Assembly: GCF_006345805.1 (NCBI RefSeq)
Contig: NC_043000.1
Span: 162,688,001 to 162,752,000, forward strand
DNA length: 64,000 nt
DNA from: Octopus sinensis
Taxonomy: Eukaryota
Direction: 5' to 3'
The position numbers and the translations under genes were made by a program. The notes under the pieces were generated by a model. The model was not told the origin of the DNA. It worked only from the letters and a program-made list of their open reading frames with translations, and did no database searches. This document shows, piece by piece, positions 12,504-25,974 of the stretch. The number at the start of each line of letters is the position of its first letter. Position 1 is the stretch's first letter.

Positions 12504-13099
12504 CTGATGCAGTATCAGGCGGTGGCTCTTATGGTTTCTGATCTTAAGTGATTGGAAGTCTTATCATGTAAATGTTTTGTCTTGATATAAAATATGTGCT
12601 ACAGCAAATATTCTGCTCAATACCACAGATTTGCTTATCAGTTGCTTGACCTTAACCAGTTGAGCATATTACTTGGTGACTCATCTCTGCTCACAAGCGC
12701 ATCTCTGCTCATCTCTGCTTACAAGCAGGGATAGTGGGGGAGCATCATAGACATGTGTTGAGAAAAATTCTTCAGTTTTGAATAATTTACTCCAGGAAAC
12801 AAGGATGTTTCTTTCATCATCCTTTGAAGCGGGACAGGCTATTCGACCTGAAGAAAATACTAACTGGGTCCCACCTACAAAGTCATGCGTTGTTTATTTG
12901 ATATGAGATCACCATGTCTCGCACACATAGTTGTGATGCATGTGCCTAGTGTACCCTTATCAGACGGGTAGTCATGATGGGTATATTACTGGGCTTCGTA
13001 TGTTTGTTCTCCAGCGTTACTTTGATGGCACTGAATTATAATAGTAACACTTTCTAATGATAAACCAGGCAGAAGGCCTGAAATTTGGGGGAGGGGGAT

Positions 13100-13890
13100 A
13101 GAGAGATATATATACATACATACACACACACAAACATATATATATATAAGTATGTATGTATTACATATTACATATATATATAAATATTATATTTTTATAT
13201 ATATATATGATATACATATATTATCATCATTATATACATATTATATATATACATATATACATATTATATATTTATATATATATAAGTATTATATTATTAT
13301 ATATATATATGCTATATATGCATATATTATCATCATTATTATTAACAAAAGTAGGACACTCAGTCAATCATTTTTCTAATACGTCCATGCTCACACAAGC
13401 ACACATAGACACACACATACATACACACACATATACACACATATGCCCCCCCCCCACACACACACACAAGCACATACATCGACATACATCTTTGACTGAA
13501 TATTTGAGTCTGTATAAATGTGTGTGTGTCTACGCTCCTGCATGTGTGTGCGCGCTTCTGTTACTAAACGTACTTAAGTACTTGAGTACCACACAGTGAC
13601 CGACTGATTTAACATGGATGGACTCACTTCAATAAGAAGAGTGGACATTATATACATACGCACGCAACCATGATATATATACATACGTACAGAAATATAT
13701 GTACATGCATATGCATACATACATGTATGTGTGTGTGTGCTGTGTGTATGTTTGTATGTATGCATATGTATGTATATATATACATATATACATATGTATG
13801 TATATATATACATATATACATATGTATGTATATATATATATATACATACATATACGTACATATACACATATATATACATATATACACATA
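13100..13890. repeat. Compound (TA)n/(CA)n/(TACA)n low-complexity tract
   Basis: Direct inspection. Confidence 0.9.
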
Positions 13891-14624
13891 ATAGTATGGA
13901 ACCGAAGTGCGTTCCATTACTCATAGATACATGCGTGTTAAAACAAACGCATGGCCTGAGTTTGCGCTCTCAACAGGCATTCACGTGCATGCTTAGAATC
14001 CTACACACACTTACGAACGTTCACACATGCGCACAAACGTACGTTAACACTGACATAAACATATAATCATACACATCTGTAGAAATTCCATATGTACAGT
14101 CATATGAGGATATGACCCACGTTTTCCGTTTCGCTCACTAACGAGCACGTGCGCACATTCACATCTTTAAATACTTAAAATACATAGACACACACATACC
14201 TATACATGAACTTGTATACACACAGTCATTCATACACGATATTATGCATACTAATAGTACTTGTTTAGTAACTTCATTACATACATGTTTCATTCTCGTT
14301 CCTAGTTTCTCTTGTTCAATCTTTTACCCAAAAAGTTGTACTCATTCCCGAACCGTATTTCACTTGCTTTAGACAATTGGACAAGAGCAAACATGTCTAC
14401 ATACATGCATAAGTATGTGGAAAATAACATGCACATACGCATGCGTACACATATATACATTCATTCATTGGTATATGAATATATATATATGTATTTATAG
14501 AGATGTATGTAGCTATCCATTCTTCCGCCCAGCGATGCATCCAACCGTCTATTTCTGATCCAGGCAACCTTCCATATAACCATCCATTCATTCAGTCATA
14601 TGTACATAAAAACGGAAATTAAAG

Positions 14625-14860
14625 GACCTTCCCGAGCCATAGGCACATAAGTCTGGTTTTCCGGATTATGTGGCATATGTATTCATCCTTTGCGTCGGTC
14701 CGTCGCAGTATAACTCATTTCTTTTCTAGCTGAGTGGACTGGAGCAACGTGAAATGAAATGTTTTGCTCAAAAACACACCGTAATTCCTCAGTTCAGGAA
14801 TCGAAATTACAATCTTACCATTCTGAGAGTAACACCCTAATCACTTAGCCACGCTCCTCC
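14625..14860 (-). mobile_element. tRNA-derived SINE
   Basis: Minus strand begins GGAGGAGCGTGGCTAAGTGATTAGG (A box) and has TTTCGATTCC (B box); body shares TGAGCAAAACA...TTTCACGTTGCTCCAGTCCACTCAGCT with SINEs at 34.4-34.9 kb. Confidence 0.75.
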
Positions 14861-15051
14861 ATATATACATACATACATACATACATACATACATACATAC
14901 ATACATACATACATACACACATACATACATACGTACATACATACATACATACATACATACATACACACATACATACATACACACATATATACATACATAC
15001 ATACATAAAAGGGAAACTTTTGCACTCTAACACTCATGTGTGCCTACCCGC

Positions 15052-15104
<53 letters not shown>

Positions 15105-15582
15105 TTCTTTGCCTATACATAAGATGCTATCTGAAAGGGCCAGGTGCGCATGCGTCATAATTATTCTGTCCAATGGAAATGTTTCCACAGCTGATAAACA
15201 TCGGTGTCCATCTTACTTTGTCAGTCAACAAATAAGCTTTATGCCATCTACACGTGCTTTATTTATTATTGAGATTTTGTAAAGTTATTTAAGAACAACT
15301 GCGACCTTGATATTATGGCTGAGAATTTCGTGTAATATCTCTGCATCAGATATTCTTACGCCAAAACTTTCATCTTTTGGAAAACATTTTATTTTCTTCG
15401 AACGAAATAGGTTCATGAGCGGCACGTTTCTTTCAATGATAGTCGAGTGTTTATTGGATGATGAACTTTGAAGGCGATTGATCAATAGCAAAAGCAGCAT
15501 AACAGGTGGAAAGAATTCATTAGCTCATTCTTGACTGTCTCCGAACAATTCATCAGCTTTCTCACTTGATTAGAATTAATTA

Positions 15583-15900
15583 TGTTTTACTTGTTTCAGT
15601 CTGCAGCCACCCTGGGGCACCACCTTGAAGGTATTTTTAATCAAAAAAATCGACCCCCAGTGTTCTTCTTTTTCAAGCCTAGTACTTATTTAATCGGTCT
15701 CTTTTTGCCAAACCGCACACACAATCATATACATATGAAGGGTTTCTTTCAGTTTCCGTGTACCATATCCACACACAAAGCTTTAGTCAAACTGAGAATA
15801 TAATAAAAAATAAGGTACATGCCCAAGATGCCACGCAGTGGGACTGAACCCGGAACCATGTGATTGGGGAGCAAGCTCCTTGTCACACAACCACGCCTGC
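15583..15900 (-). mobile_element. Abundant composite SINE-like repeat (tRNA-like head, internal microsatellite, conserved tail)
   Basis: GGTTCCGGGTTCAGTCCCACTGCGTGGCA...GGAAACTGAAAGAA...AAGTACTAGGCTT...GACTGAAACAAGTAAAA, shared with copies at 37.2, 41.4, 51.4 and 61.8 kb. Confidence 0.8.
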
Positions 15901-15989
15901 ATCTGCATGTTTCTGTATGCATGTATGTATGTATGTATGTATGTATGTATGTATGTATGTATATGTGTGTGTATATATGTATGTATGTC

Positions 15990-16320
15990 ATTATTCTGTT
16001 TATTTCAAGATTTCTTGCCAACGGAGAAAGAACCCGTTTCTAACCTAGATCCAAGGTTCCTTCCTTGGAACTTCAACATCAACAACATGTATTTTTGTAT
16101 GTATGTATGTATGTATGTATGTAGTATGTATGTATGTATATATGTATGTATGTATGTGCAGATTTGTATGATTTATGTATGTATTCTCATGCATATAGTT
16201 GCATATCTAGACATATATATATACATTCAAATGATGAACTTCTGGAAAGTTTTACAGATTTTTACAGTTCCAGTGATAGATTGCATCTGTAGTCTTCGAA
16301 TGTTTATCTTCGAATGTATA
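15990..16320 (+). repeat. Unclassified interspersed repeat with internal (TATG)n; related copies at about 31590-31945 and 32160-32470
   Basis: Shared blocks CCAA.(G/A)GAGAAA...GTTTCTAAC...GATCCAAGG and TGGAAAGTTTT..A.ATTTT.ACAGTTCCA.TGAT. Confidence 0.6.
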
Positions 16321-16639
16321 TAAAATTATGTGTATCTGTCGTCACCATCAATGTATAAGTCTTTGCTTTTAATATCTGTGTCATCATATATGTATTGATC
16401 CGTGTGAATACTGTCGTGACTAGCAACACGATGTGACAATGGATCAGAAAAACAAAATCACAGCATGCCTTCCTTAAACTGTACACAGCAACCGTATCGC
16501 TTTTATTTTTTGTCTTATCTCCCTCTGCAAATGATTTCTTCTCTTTTTTCTTATTTCTTAGCCCAGATCCATCCAACGCATCTGCATCTACTGACACTTC
16601 CATTTCCTGTTATCCGCCACTGACTAAGGGGCAAAACTT

Positions 16640-17380
16640 CCCTCCCTCTCTCTCTCTCCCTCTATCTCTCTCTCTCTCTCTCCCTCCCTATCTCTCCAGT
16701 GGAGAAGGAGGAGGAGGAGGAAGAGGAGGAGGAGAAAGAAGAAGAAGAAGAAGAAGAAGAAGAAGGAGAAGAAGAAGAAGAAGAAGAAGGAGAAGAAGAA
16801 GAAGAAGAAGGAGAAGAAGAGAAGAGAAGAAGAAGAGAAGAAGACGAAGAAGAAGAAGAAGAAGAAGAAGAAGGAGAAGAAGAAGAAGACGAAGAAGAAG
16901 ATGAAGAGAAAGAAGAAGAAGGAGAAGAAGAAGAAGAAGAAGAAGAAGACAAAGATGAAGAAGAAGAAGTAGAAGAAGAAGAAGAAGAAGAAGAAGAAGA
17001 ATAAAAAGAAGAAGGTGAGCAAGAAAAGGCATGTGAAGGAGGCGGTTAGAAGGAGGAAGAGGTGAAATAGGAGGTGGAGAAGGTGGAGGAAAAAGAGGAG
17101 GCGAAACAGGAAGAGAAACAAGAGGAGGAAGGGAGGCGGAGGTAGAGAAGAAAAAAGAGACAGGAGAAAGAGATGGATGCGGAGGGGGAGGAGGGGGAGA
17201 AGGCGAAGGAGGTGGAAGGGGACGAATGGGACGAAGGAGGAGGAGGAGGACGAAGAAGGAGGAGGGAGACGGAGGAGGAGAAGGGAGACGGAGGAGGAGG
17301 AGGGAGACGGAGGAGGAGGAGGGAGACGGAGGAGGAGGAGGGAGACGGAGGAGGAGGAGGAGGAGGAGGGGAGGAGGAGA
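16640..17380. repeat. (CT)n followed by a long (GAA)n/(GGA)n polypurine tract
   Basis: Direct inspection; the poly-Glu, poly-Ser and poly-Phe ORFs are its translations. Confidence 0.95.
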
Positions 17381-17992
17381 TCTACTTTGTCCGATACTTT
17401 AGAAATTGCTCTCTTAACGGCTTATAAACTTAAACCTCATATTTTACGAGCAGATATCGACTCTCCCTGTCTTTCTCTACCCCTTTCTCTCTTCCCCTGC
17501 CTTTGTTCTACATCTCATACAGACACACAGGGTTATTTCACGATCTGAAATGTACTCAATATCTAAAAATAGCTGACACAAGAATGACCCTAACTGAACT
17601 ATGTGCGATGTACTCGGGATGTGGACGCTCTCTACTACTATGTCTGTTACTACAAAGGTCAACTGAAATGATGATGTATACAAGTTGAGTTGGCAGTTGA
17701 CATATGGGCAATCTATATGATGTAATACAGTTTCATTGTTTCGGTCAGGGAGGGTGAGGGTATGCGGCGAGCGACTAAAAGAGTGAGAAAGTGACTGAGA
17801 GACAATGCTCCATATAAATCTAAAATATTTATCACAATCACCGATCGGCTCTTACTGAAAGTTTTCACTCGTTATTAATTCTGTTAATACATACATCTCT
17901 ATATGTCTGTGCGCGTGTGTGTGTGTATATTAAGACTAGTATTAAGACTAATACTTAGGCTAATATTAAGACTAATATTTAATTCAAATACA

Positions 17993-18203
17993 AAGGCGGT
18001 GAGCTGGCAGAATCGTTAACACGCTGGGCAAAATGATTAGCGGCAGTTCATCCGTCTTGACGTTCTGAGTTCAAATATCACCAAGGTCGACTTTGCCTTT
18101 CATCATTTCGGGTTCGATAAAATACCAGTTAAGTACTGGAGTCGGTGTGGTCAACTTACGCGCTCCCCTGATCTTGCTAGACTTTTGCCAAAATTTGAAA
18201 CCA
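17993..18203 (+). mobile_element. tRNA-derived SINE (GGCGG.GAGCTGGCAGAA family)
   Basis: AAGGCGGTGAGCTGGCAGAATCGTTA...ACGTTCTGAGTTCAAAT...GGTCGACTTTGCCTTTCATC; same family at 25.1, 25.3, 53.3-53.6 and 54.8 kb. Confidence 0.8.
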
Positions 18204-18499
18204 GTATTTGATTTAAATATCAAATACTAAGTCTTTCCCAGGTGAAGAGTGTTCAATCCAACATAGGTTACTAGTTAGTGACTTCAGAATTAGAGCTAGA
18301 AAGACTCGGAGAATTAAACCGATCTGGAAATGAAAACTGTGGAAGCTCAAAGACCCAGCAAATAAACAGAAATTTAGATTTTCTAATGGAAGCTTCTCAC
18401 AAAAGAGAGGGGGGTCTTACAAGACAATTGGAAGTTCCTGTGGGGCAATCTACTGAGGGCTACAGAGGAAATCTGAGGTTAGTGCAGAGTCCCAGTTAG

Positions 18500-20870
18500 A
18501 CCAAGGGTAACATGGTCGTAGAACAAGGAAGCAGATAGTGCTATAAAAGCAAAGAAACAGGCCTGGAAAGACTGGAAAAATGGTGGAAGCAGAGAATATC
18601 AGGTATCCAAAAGGGGAGCTAGGCATCAAGTTTACATAGCAAAAGGAATAGCAGAAGGTAAGAGATTTGCAAATGTTCTACAGAGTGAGGATCAGAGGCG
18701 TGACGTGCTCAGGATTGCAAAGCAGTATATCAGAGAGAATAAAGATGTGATGCATGAAAGCGTCAGTATGAAAGTCTACCAAATATCGAACCAATTGAGA
18801 AACCAGTCATCAGAGTTGATAGCAGCATAATAGATAAGGCAATTAACGATATAAAAACAGAGGAAAGCACATGGGCCATCGGGAATTTCCGGTGGTGTAG
18901 GATAGAGCCTAGTTACCCGTATAGGAAGGGGCCATCCCCAGTGATTGATGTAGTAGTATCGTAGTTAGCTGCTACAAGGGTAAAGATGATACCTGAGACA
19001 GAAACAACTGCAGAGCCATTAAACAGCTAAGACCAAGTCATGAAAGTTACCGAGAGTTTTTTAGCTCAATTGATTAGGAATAGAATTAAATTAGATGAGA
19101 TGCAATTTAGTTTTGTGCCTGGGAAGAGCACCACAGATGCCATCTTCCTAGTGATACAGCTGTGGAAAAAGTATTTGGCCAAAAGTAAGTCATTGTACTT
19201 AGCCTTCGTCGAGCTGCCGAAAGATTTGGACAGAGTCCTCCACTTTGTTATCTGGTGGTATCTACGGATGTAAGGGGTTGAGTTAAATTGATTCACAAAA
19301 TGAACCCCCTCCTATTTTGCTCAGATTGCTTTTAATTTTGGTGTATGGATGCTACTATGAGTTTTGATTACGATCGACCAATTACTTTATCTCGTAAATT
19401 AAAGAATCTGAAGTTCTTTGGAATTAAAGTTGGGTAATTTGGGTAATTTTAGCCAATCAACAGACAGCGTGGCATTAACAGTTTCTTACCATGACAAACG
19501 CACGTTTTGTTGTGTTTCCCTTCACCCGTGTTTGTACTGCATGTGTGTCTGTGTGCGTGTATGTACGTGTATGTATGTGTGGGTGTTGTGTGTGAGGAGG
19601 TATATTGCGTTCGTGTGTGTGCATGCGTGTGTGTGTGCATGCGTGTGTGTGCATGTGTATATGTGTGTGTATATGTGTGTACATGTGTGTATGTTGTGTG
19701 TGAGTGTATTGTGTGGGGGGGTATGTATGTGCGTTCATGTGAGTGTATGTGTGCATGTGTGTGCATATATGTATGCTGTGTGTGAGTGTGTTGTGTGTGG
19801 GATCTAGTTAAATAGATTCACATGTACATATAAACTTACATATAAATACATACATCCACATGCTCTTATATATTAATGATGTACATGAGAGGTATACATG
19901 ATTTTGAAATATGCATAAAGTAAACACAGATAAGAGACTATTTCACAGACACTAAATTATAAATTTCACAGCTGACAACGCTAAGTTAACACCGCTAAGT
20001 TAACACCGCTGTCTCACTATTGGCTACAAATACATAGGGGTTTTTTTTTCGATTTTTAAACCCCAGTAACTTTTTCTTCAAATTTTTTCTCCACATGATC
20101 ATAGATTCAATGAAATAAGAATGGAAAACTACATCAATATAACGGATTTTCAGATATTTTACTTCCTTTTAAAAAATGCAAATTCTGTGAATCAGTTTAA
20201 CTAGACCCGAAGTTAGGATTAGAGGAGTGGCTTGTGAGAGCTATGCAAGCCCTGTACAGAGGTGCTGTCAGTAAGGCGAGAGTCGGCTACGAATACCGGG
20301 CTGAATTTAGAGCACAAGTAGGGGTTCACCAAGGTTCAGCTCACGGCCCACTCTCATTCCTTATAGTCCTCCGGGCCATAACAGATTAATTCAAAACTAG
20401 ATGCCCCTGGGAACTATTTTATGCTGATGACCTCGCTCTTATTGCAAAATTTGTAGCTGAATTGGAGAAGAAATTCCAGCTATGGAAGCAAAACCTGGAA
20501 CCAAAGGACCTAGCAAAGACCGAAGTTGTTCTTTGCAAGAAAGAAGATAAGACTTTCTTTCCGTCATGTAAATGGCCCTGCTCAATATGTAGGAAAGGAG
20601 TTGGAAATAATTCCATTCACTGCATCCAGTGTAAGTTATGGATACATAAGAGATTCAGTGGAATCATCTATAGATTAACAGGTAATGTCGTCTTCGTTTG
20701 TGGCAGATGTGCAGGAACGATAAGCACCAACAGAACACGTGACTTAAATTCTCTCAAATTCGCAAGAGGCTCTCTTGAGGTCGTAGATATTTTCTGTTAC
20801 CTGAGTGACCAAATTAGCAATGGTTGAGAGTGCTCTGAATGTATTGTTTCTAGAATAAGAAACAATATAT
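18500..20870 (+). mobile_element. Decayed RTE-clade LINE ORF (RT), split by a DNA-transposon insertion
   Basis: MQFSFVPGKSTTDAIFLV...LYLAFVELPKDLDRV (19040-19273). Resumes at about 20217 with EEWLVRAMQALY...VGVHQGS...ELFYADDLAL, then Cys-rich WPCSICRKGVGNNSIHCIQCKLWIHKR. Confidence 0.85.
19275..20208. mobile_element. Non-autonomous TIR DNA transposon inserted in the RTE LINE
   Basis: About 27-bp imperfect TIRs (GGGTTGAGTTAAATTGATTCACAAAAT / ATTCTGTGAATCAGTTTAACTAGACCC); probable 8-bp TSD GATGTAAG (19267-19274) / GAAGTTAG (20209-20216); internal (TG)n. Confidence 0.7.
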
Positions 20871-21679
20871 GGCGCCAGCTTTCCTCAGTAGACAAGTAAA
20901 CATCATCTATTTCTATCCCCACCCGCTCCTGAGAATCGAAGGTTCGTGTAAATTGTATTGCAAAACAGTATGTGATGTTGTGAGGCTGTATTACTCTATT
21001 CACTTAGGAAGGTTAAAACACTCATTGCTTAAAATATCATATATGAAAGACCATTCAATTTTACCAAGCGGATGTATTATTTTTTTTATTCATTTATTGA
21101 CTAATATACTTATATATTTATTCATTTACTTATTTATTTATTCATTTATTTATTTATTTTGTGTTAATATAAAATATTGATTCTGCTCGATTTTCTCTTT
21201 TTATTTTGAATTTTATTATGCGCGACCCATGTATACGGAGAGAAAACAAACAAATTATTGTATGCAGCATTAGAAGTAATGAAGCTATGAGTTGTAGATT
21301 GCCGTTCTCTGCTATCTAATCTGTTAGTGCGATAGTAATGTTTCTATGATCTTTTTTCTTTTTTCGTATTCCGTGTTATATCGTGATTAAATGCATTGAA
21401 GACAAAAAGAAAGTGTCGTAGCTGTGTGTCCAATGTTAGAGTTTGAATCATGAACATTACAGTTTTCAGATTTACACTGATTTCATAGCGATGAGAATTG
21501 TTTTAAAGTTTTCTTGACTTTGGTTTCCATTGTTACTGTTAGTTTGAACTGAGGTACTGAGGTATAGCACATCTAGTATTCTACTTTATGGTCTCTTCAA
21601 TGAGATAATCATCCATTTTGTAGGAGGCTTTGATTAATGTTCCGTATGTACTATATATATATATATATTCATCCTTTGT

Positions 21680-22855
21680 GGATATCCCCTCACCACTATC
21701 AGACAGCCCTTATCAGAGCACGTTCCATGGACCATACTTCTGCTCTCTCTCCCCACACCCACCACGCCGTCACCCGTCTCCCGTTTCCCCTCACCTACCA
21801 CCCTGGACGGTGAGGGGAAACGGCAGATGGGTGCCTGCCCCTCCAACTCACCATTCTCCGAGCCTTCCGGTGACCCGCCACCTCGCACACCTTCCCTCTT
21901 TCAAACCAACCCACAACCTAGGTGACCTCCTGGTCGACAGTTTCTTCCCTAACCCCACCTCCCAACCTGACTCGTTCCCCCTGCTCCCCCTCACGCTGCG
22001 GCACTTGCCCCTACCTCTCCTCACAGGCACCCATCACCAAATCTATCATATCACCGACTCCTTTACCTACACTTCTCGCAACATCGTTTACAGCATCTCC
22101 TCTTTCTGCCCTTGTCTGTACAACGGTCAAACGGAACGCCGCTTGGTTGACCGATTCGCAGAACACCTCTGAGACATCAGACTCAGCAACGACACCGCGG
22201 TCTCATGCCATTTCCGCTCTACCAGTCATTCACTACAACATCTGTATGTGTTTGGATTGTCTTTACACAGGGGCCATCCGGACTCCTACCTTCGCTGTGA
22301 ACAGGAATTAATCTTCTTTCTTCGCTCTTTTGCATCACATAGGCTCAACACCCCTCCTCATTTCATCTGACTTCCTTCCCCTTCTCTCTTCATCTGACAC
22401 CTAATTCCCCTCTTCACTTCTACCCACCTTCTCTCTTCATTGATATCCATTCCACCCAGACCCCTACACTCACACCTCCACTCCACATCTCACATCCTCA
22501 CACCTCTACCAACACATCTCCACCCCACACCGCACCGCACCACACACGACCACACCAAATCACACCACTACACACCACTTCACACACACTAACACTGACC
22601 ACTTCCCAGCACCCTCAAAACACACCATCATCTGCACACCCATACGCCATCATCCACTTACCGCACATTACAGATGTACACACGTACACACGTACACATC
22701 CACACACGCCAAAATCATTAGTGCCTATCGACACACACACACACACATTCTCACACGCACACGCACCTTCGCTTTGGGATCACCAATACTTTTATTATCT
22801 CCTCTTCTTTCTACCTCTCCTGTCAAACTTTTTTTCTCAGTCATGCACGTGTTTT

Positions 22856-22910
<55 letters not shown>

Positions 22911-23035
22911 ATTTCCTCTTATTCCTTTCTGTTAAAGAGCGTAGGCTCGAAACATAAAAGACTTTCTCAGTTACCCGAGCGTAAGACTAATACACCTGTC
23001 TTCGTCTTTTGTTTTTCTGTAAATTTCAACTTTAT
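21680..23035 (+). mobile_element. 3' part of a Penelope-like element (Neptune/Poseidon type): GIY-YIG domain, C/A-rich UTR, (CT)n, pseudo-LTR
   Basis: ITDSFTYTSRNIVYSISSFCPCLYNGQTERRLVDRFAEHL is a GIY-YIG endonuclease signature; hammerhead-like remnant at 22925-22960. Confidence 0.8.
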
Positions 23036-23050
23036 ACATACATACATACA

Positions 23051-23084
<34 letters not shown>

Positions 23085-23794
23085 CATACATACATACATA
23101 CATATATACATACATACATACATAAATACATACACACAAACACATACACAGAGGCATTTAATTTGGGGGTTAAGTGGTCACCAGACAATTTTGCCAAACA
23201 TCGATCATACCTCTCCCGTATTTCAGAATGTGTTATATGCTTTACTAAATCGCTCAGCTCTCAGCTACGCAGTCCAGTCAGCTCTGACATTCTTGGAATA
23301 TTTATGTCTAAGACAAGGGTGGTTGTATCCTCTCAATATATTCAACAGCTGTTTGGATAGTAACTTCAACATTGGAATTAAATTCAAAACCTTAAATCCT
23401 ATCCAACTATTCCAGTATCTTCGTTATTTTATTTTATTTTATTTTATTTTATTTTATTTGCTGGTTGAGCATACATTTACAATAAAGGGCAATTTCAAAG
23501 CATTACAAAACTAGATAGGGAAATATTATTAGGTGGCGCTACTACACAGAATTGAAAAGAAAAGATAAACGGACGACATAGATTAGCTATGATGAAGCAC
23601 GCAACAATGTCTGCTGCTGTACTTAACTGTTTGAAGTCATTTTTTTCTAGCTGAGCTAGACAACGTAATTCAGTGAAATCACAACATTATGATTAACGGT
23701 TCAAAGTATTGACATTCCGAATCACAAGGCATGTTCTCTTGTTTTCGCTCTCTTCCTCTATTTCTCTCTGTCTCTCTTTCTTTCTTTCTTTCTA

Positions 23795-23833
<39 letters not shown>

Positions 23834-24059
23834 TACACGCACGCATACATGCAGGCAGATACATATGCACACATACGCACGAATGTAAACACAATCACAC
23901 AGGATCTCAGTTGAAAACACCTTCGAAAAGTAATTACATATGATTACATTATTGACAAATGTTAACTCATGCAGTGTGTGATGTTTAATTTAATTTCCAG
24001 TTTTACTCTGTGTGTGTGTCTGTCTGTCTGTCTGTGTGTGTCGGTGTGTCTGTGTGTGT

Positions 24060-24551
<492 letters not shown>

Positions 24552-25110
24552 GTGTATAAATACACATTAACACACATTAACACGTAGACAATTACACAAC
24601 TCATACACATATATGTGTATATGTGACCTTTCCGATATATGCGCGAGTGTGTGTATAGTTCATATTGCTTCTATTTTTACGTGGTCACTATTCCACAAGT
24701 TGAAACACGCCGTATGTAAGAAATGAAAATATCATGTACTCAAAATAAAATAAATACTTGAATAGTCAGTGGAAATAATGACTAGTTACAGAAATGGCAA
24801 GTCATAAATTAAATGGCAGACAGTAATAAAACAAAAACGAAATGTTTTTGTTGCGATCAAATTGCGATCAAAAATGACTTCAGATATTTGCTTTTCTCCC
24901 ATTACAGCCAATGACTGAACTAAAATGGCTGACATCGATTATAGATTTATACAGAAACCTATATAATGTAGTGGAGTGGTCAATGAATAATGCGCATTCC
25001 GAGACGAGGTGTGATGGTACGCTGTCAGCAAACCAAACCACAGATCTATTTCATTAACTTTAAGAAAGATATGATTGTGATGCAGGTTGATTTCGTACTT
25101 CCTCATAGAA

Positions 25111-25521
25111 AATGCTTAGCGGCATTTTGTACGTTCTTACGTTCTGAGTTCAAATTCCTCAGAGGTTGACTTTGCCTTTCGTCATTTCTGAGTCGATGAA
25201 ATAAGTACTAGTTGAGCATTGGGGTTGATATAATTGACTCACTCTTCTCCCGAAATTGCTGGCCTTGTGCCAAAATTTGAAACCCATTACATTACATTTA
25301 TCTAAGGCGGTGAGTTAGCAGAATCGTTAGCACGCCGCAGAAAAATGCTTAGCAACATTTTGTCTGTCTTTACGTTCTGAGTTCAATTTCTGCCGAGATC
25401 GATTTTGCCTTATACCCCTTCTGGGTTGAGAAAATAAGTACTAGTCGAGAACTGGAGTCAATGTAATCGACTTGGCCCCTAACTCAAAATTTCAAATTTG
25501 TGCCTGTAAGTAGATAGGATT
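25111..25521 (+). mobile_element. Two adjacent tRNA-derived SINEs (25111-25285 partial; 25304-25521 full)
   Basis: Same family as 17993. The second copy is flanked by the 13-bp TSD ATTACATTTATCT (25291-25303, 25522-25534). Confidence 0.8.
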
Positions 25522-25759
25522 ATTACATTTATCTTGTTTACGCTTCCATTTCAGAATTATTCGAAGACATAAGGCTTTGGTCCTTGTCACAAGCAACAAT
25601 ATTGAATGAGTTGTTCTCACATGATAAATATATAAACTGACATTTCATATTATGTTTATTATTAATGTTCATGAAATAGTGAGGATCTCTCTGTGACCAC
25701 TCTGCTTACTTGTTATAGTAGCCAAATCTCCTTTGAATTACGTTCTTAGCTTGCTTTTA

Positions 25760-25974
25760 CGTGGGGGTGCTAAGAAGTTCCTGGCTATGGGTAATAGAAA
25801 ATACAGGAGGATCATTTGATTATGATTTTATTCAACATATTCCCCTCTCAGATCTACACACTTATTACAGTGGTCCTTCAGTTTTTTTAAACTGTAAAAG
25901 AACTCGAAAGGTTGGGCCTCCAACCCGGACTTTCGAAATACCCTTAAAGCTAGGAGATTTTCAGCACCTCTTCG
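25760..25974. mobile_element. Mariner-derived MITE
   Basis: TIRs CGTGGGGGTGCTAAGAAGTTCCTGGCT / AGCTAGGAGATTTTCAGCACCTCTTCG, TA on both sides, no ORF. Confidence 0.75.

Noticed and set aside
16304-16603. 99-aa minus-strand ORF in unique sequence (MEVSVDADALDGSG...)
   Set aside because: No recognisable domain or supported splice structure, so it cannot be called a host exon.
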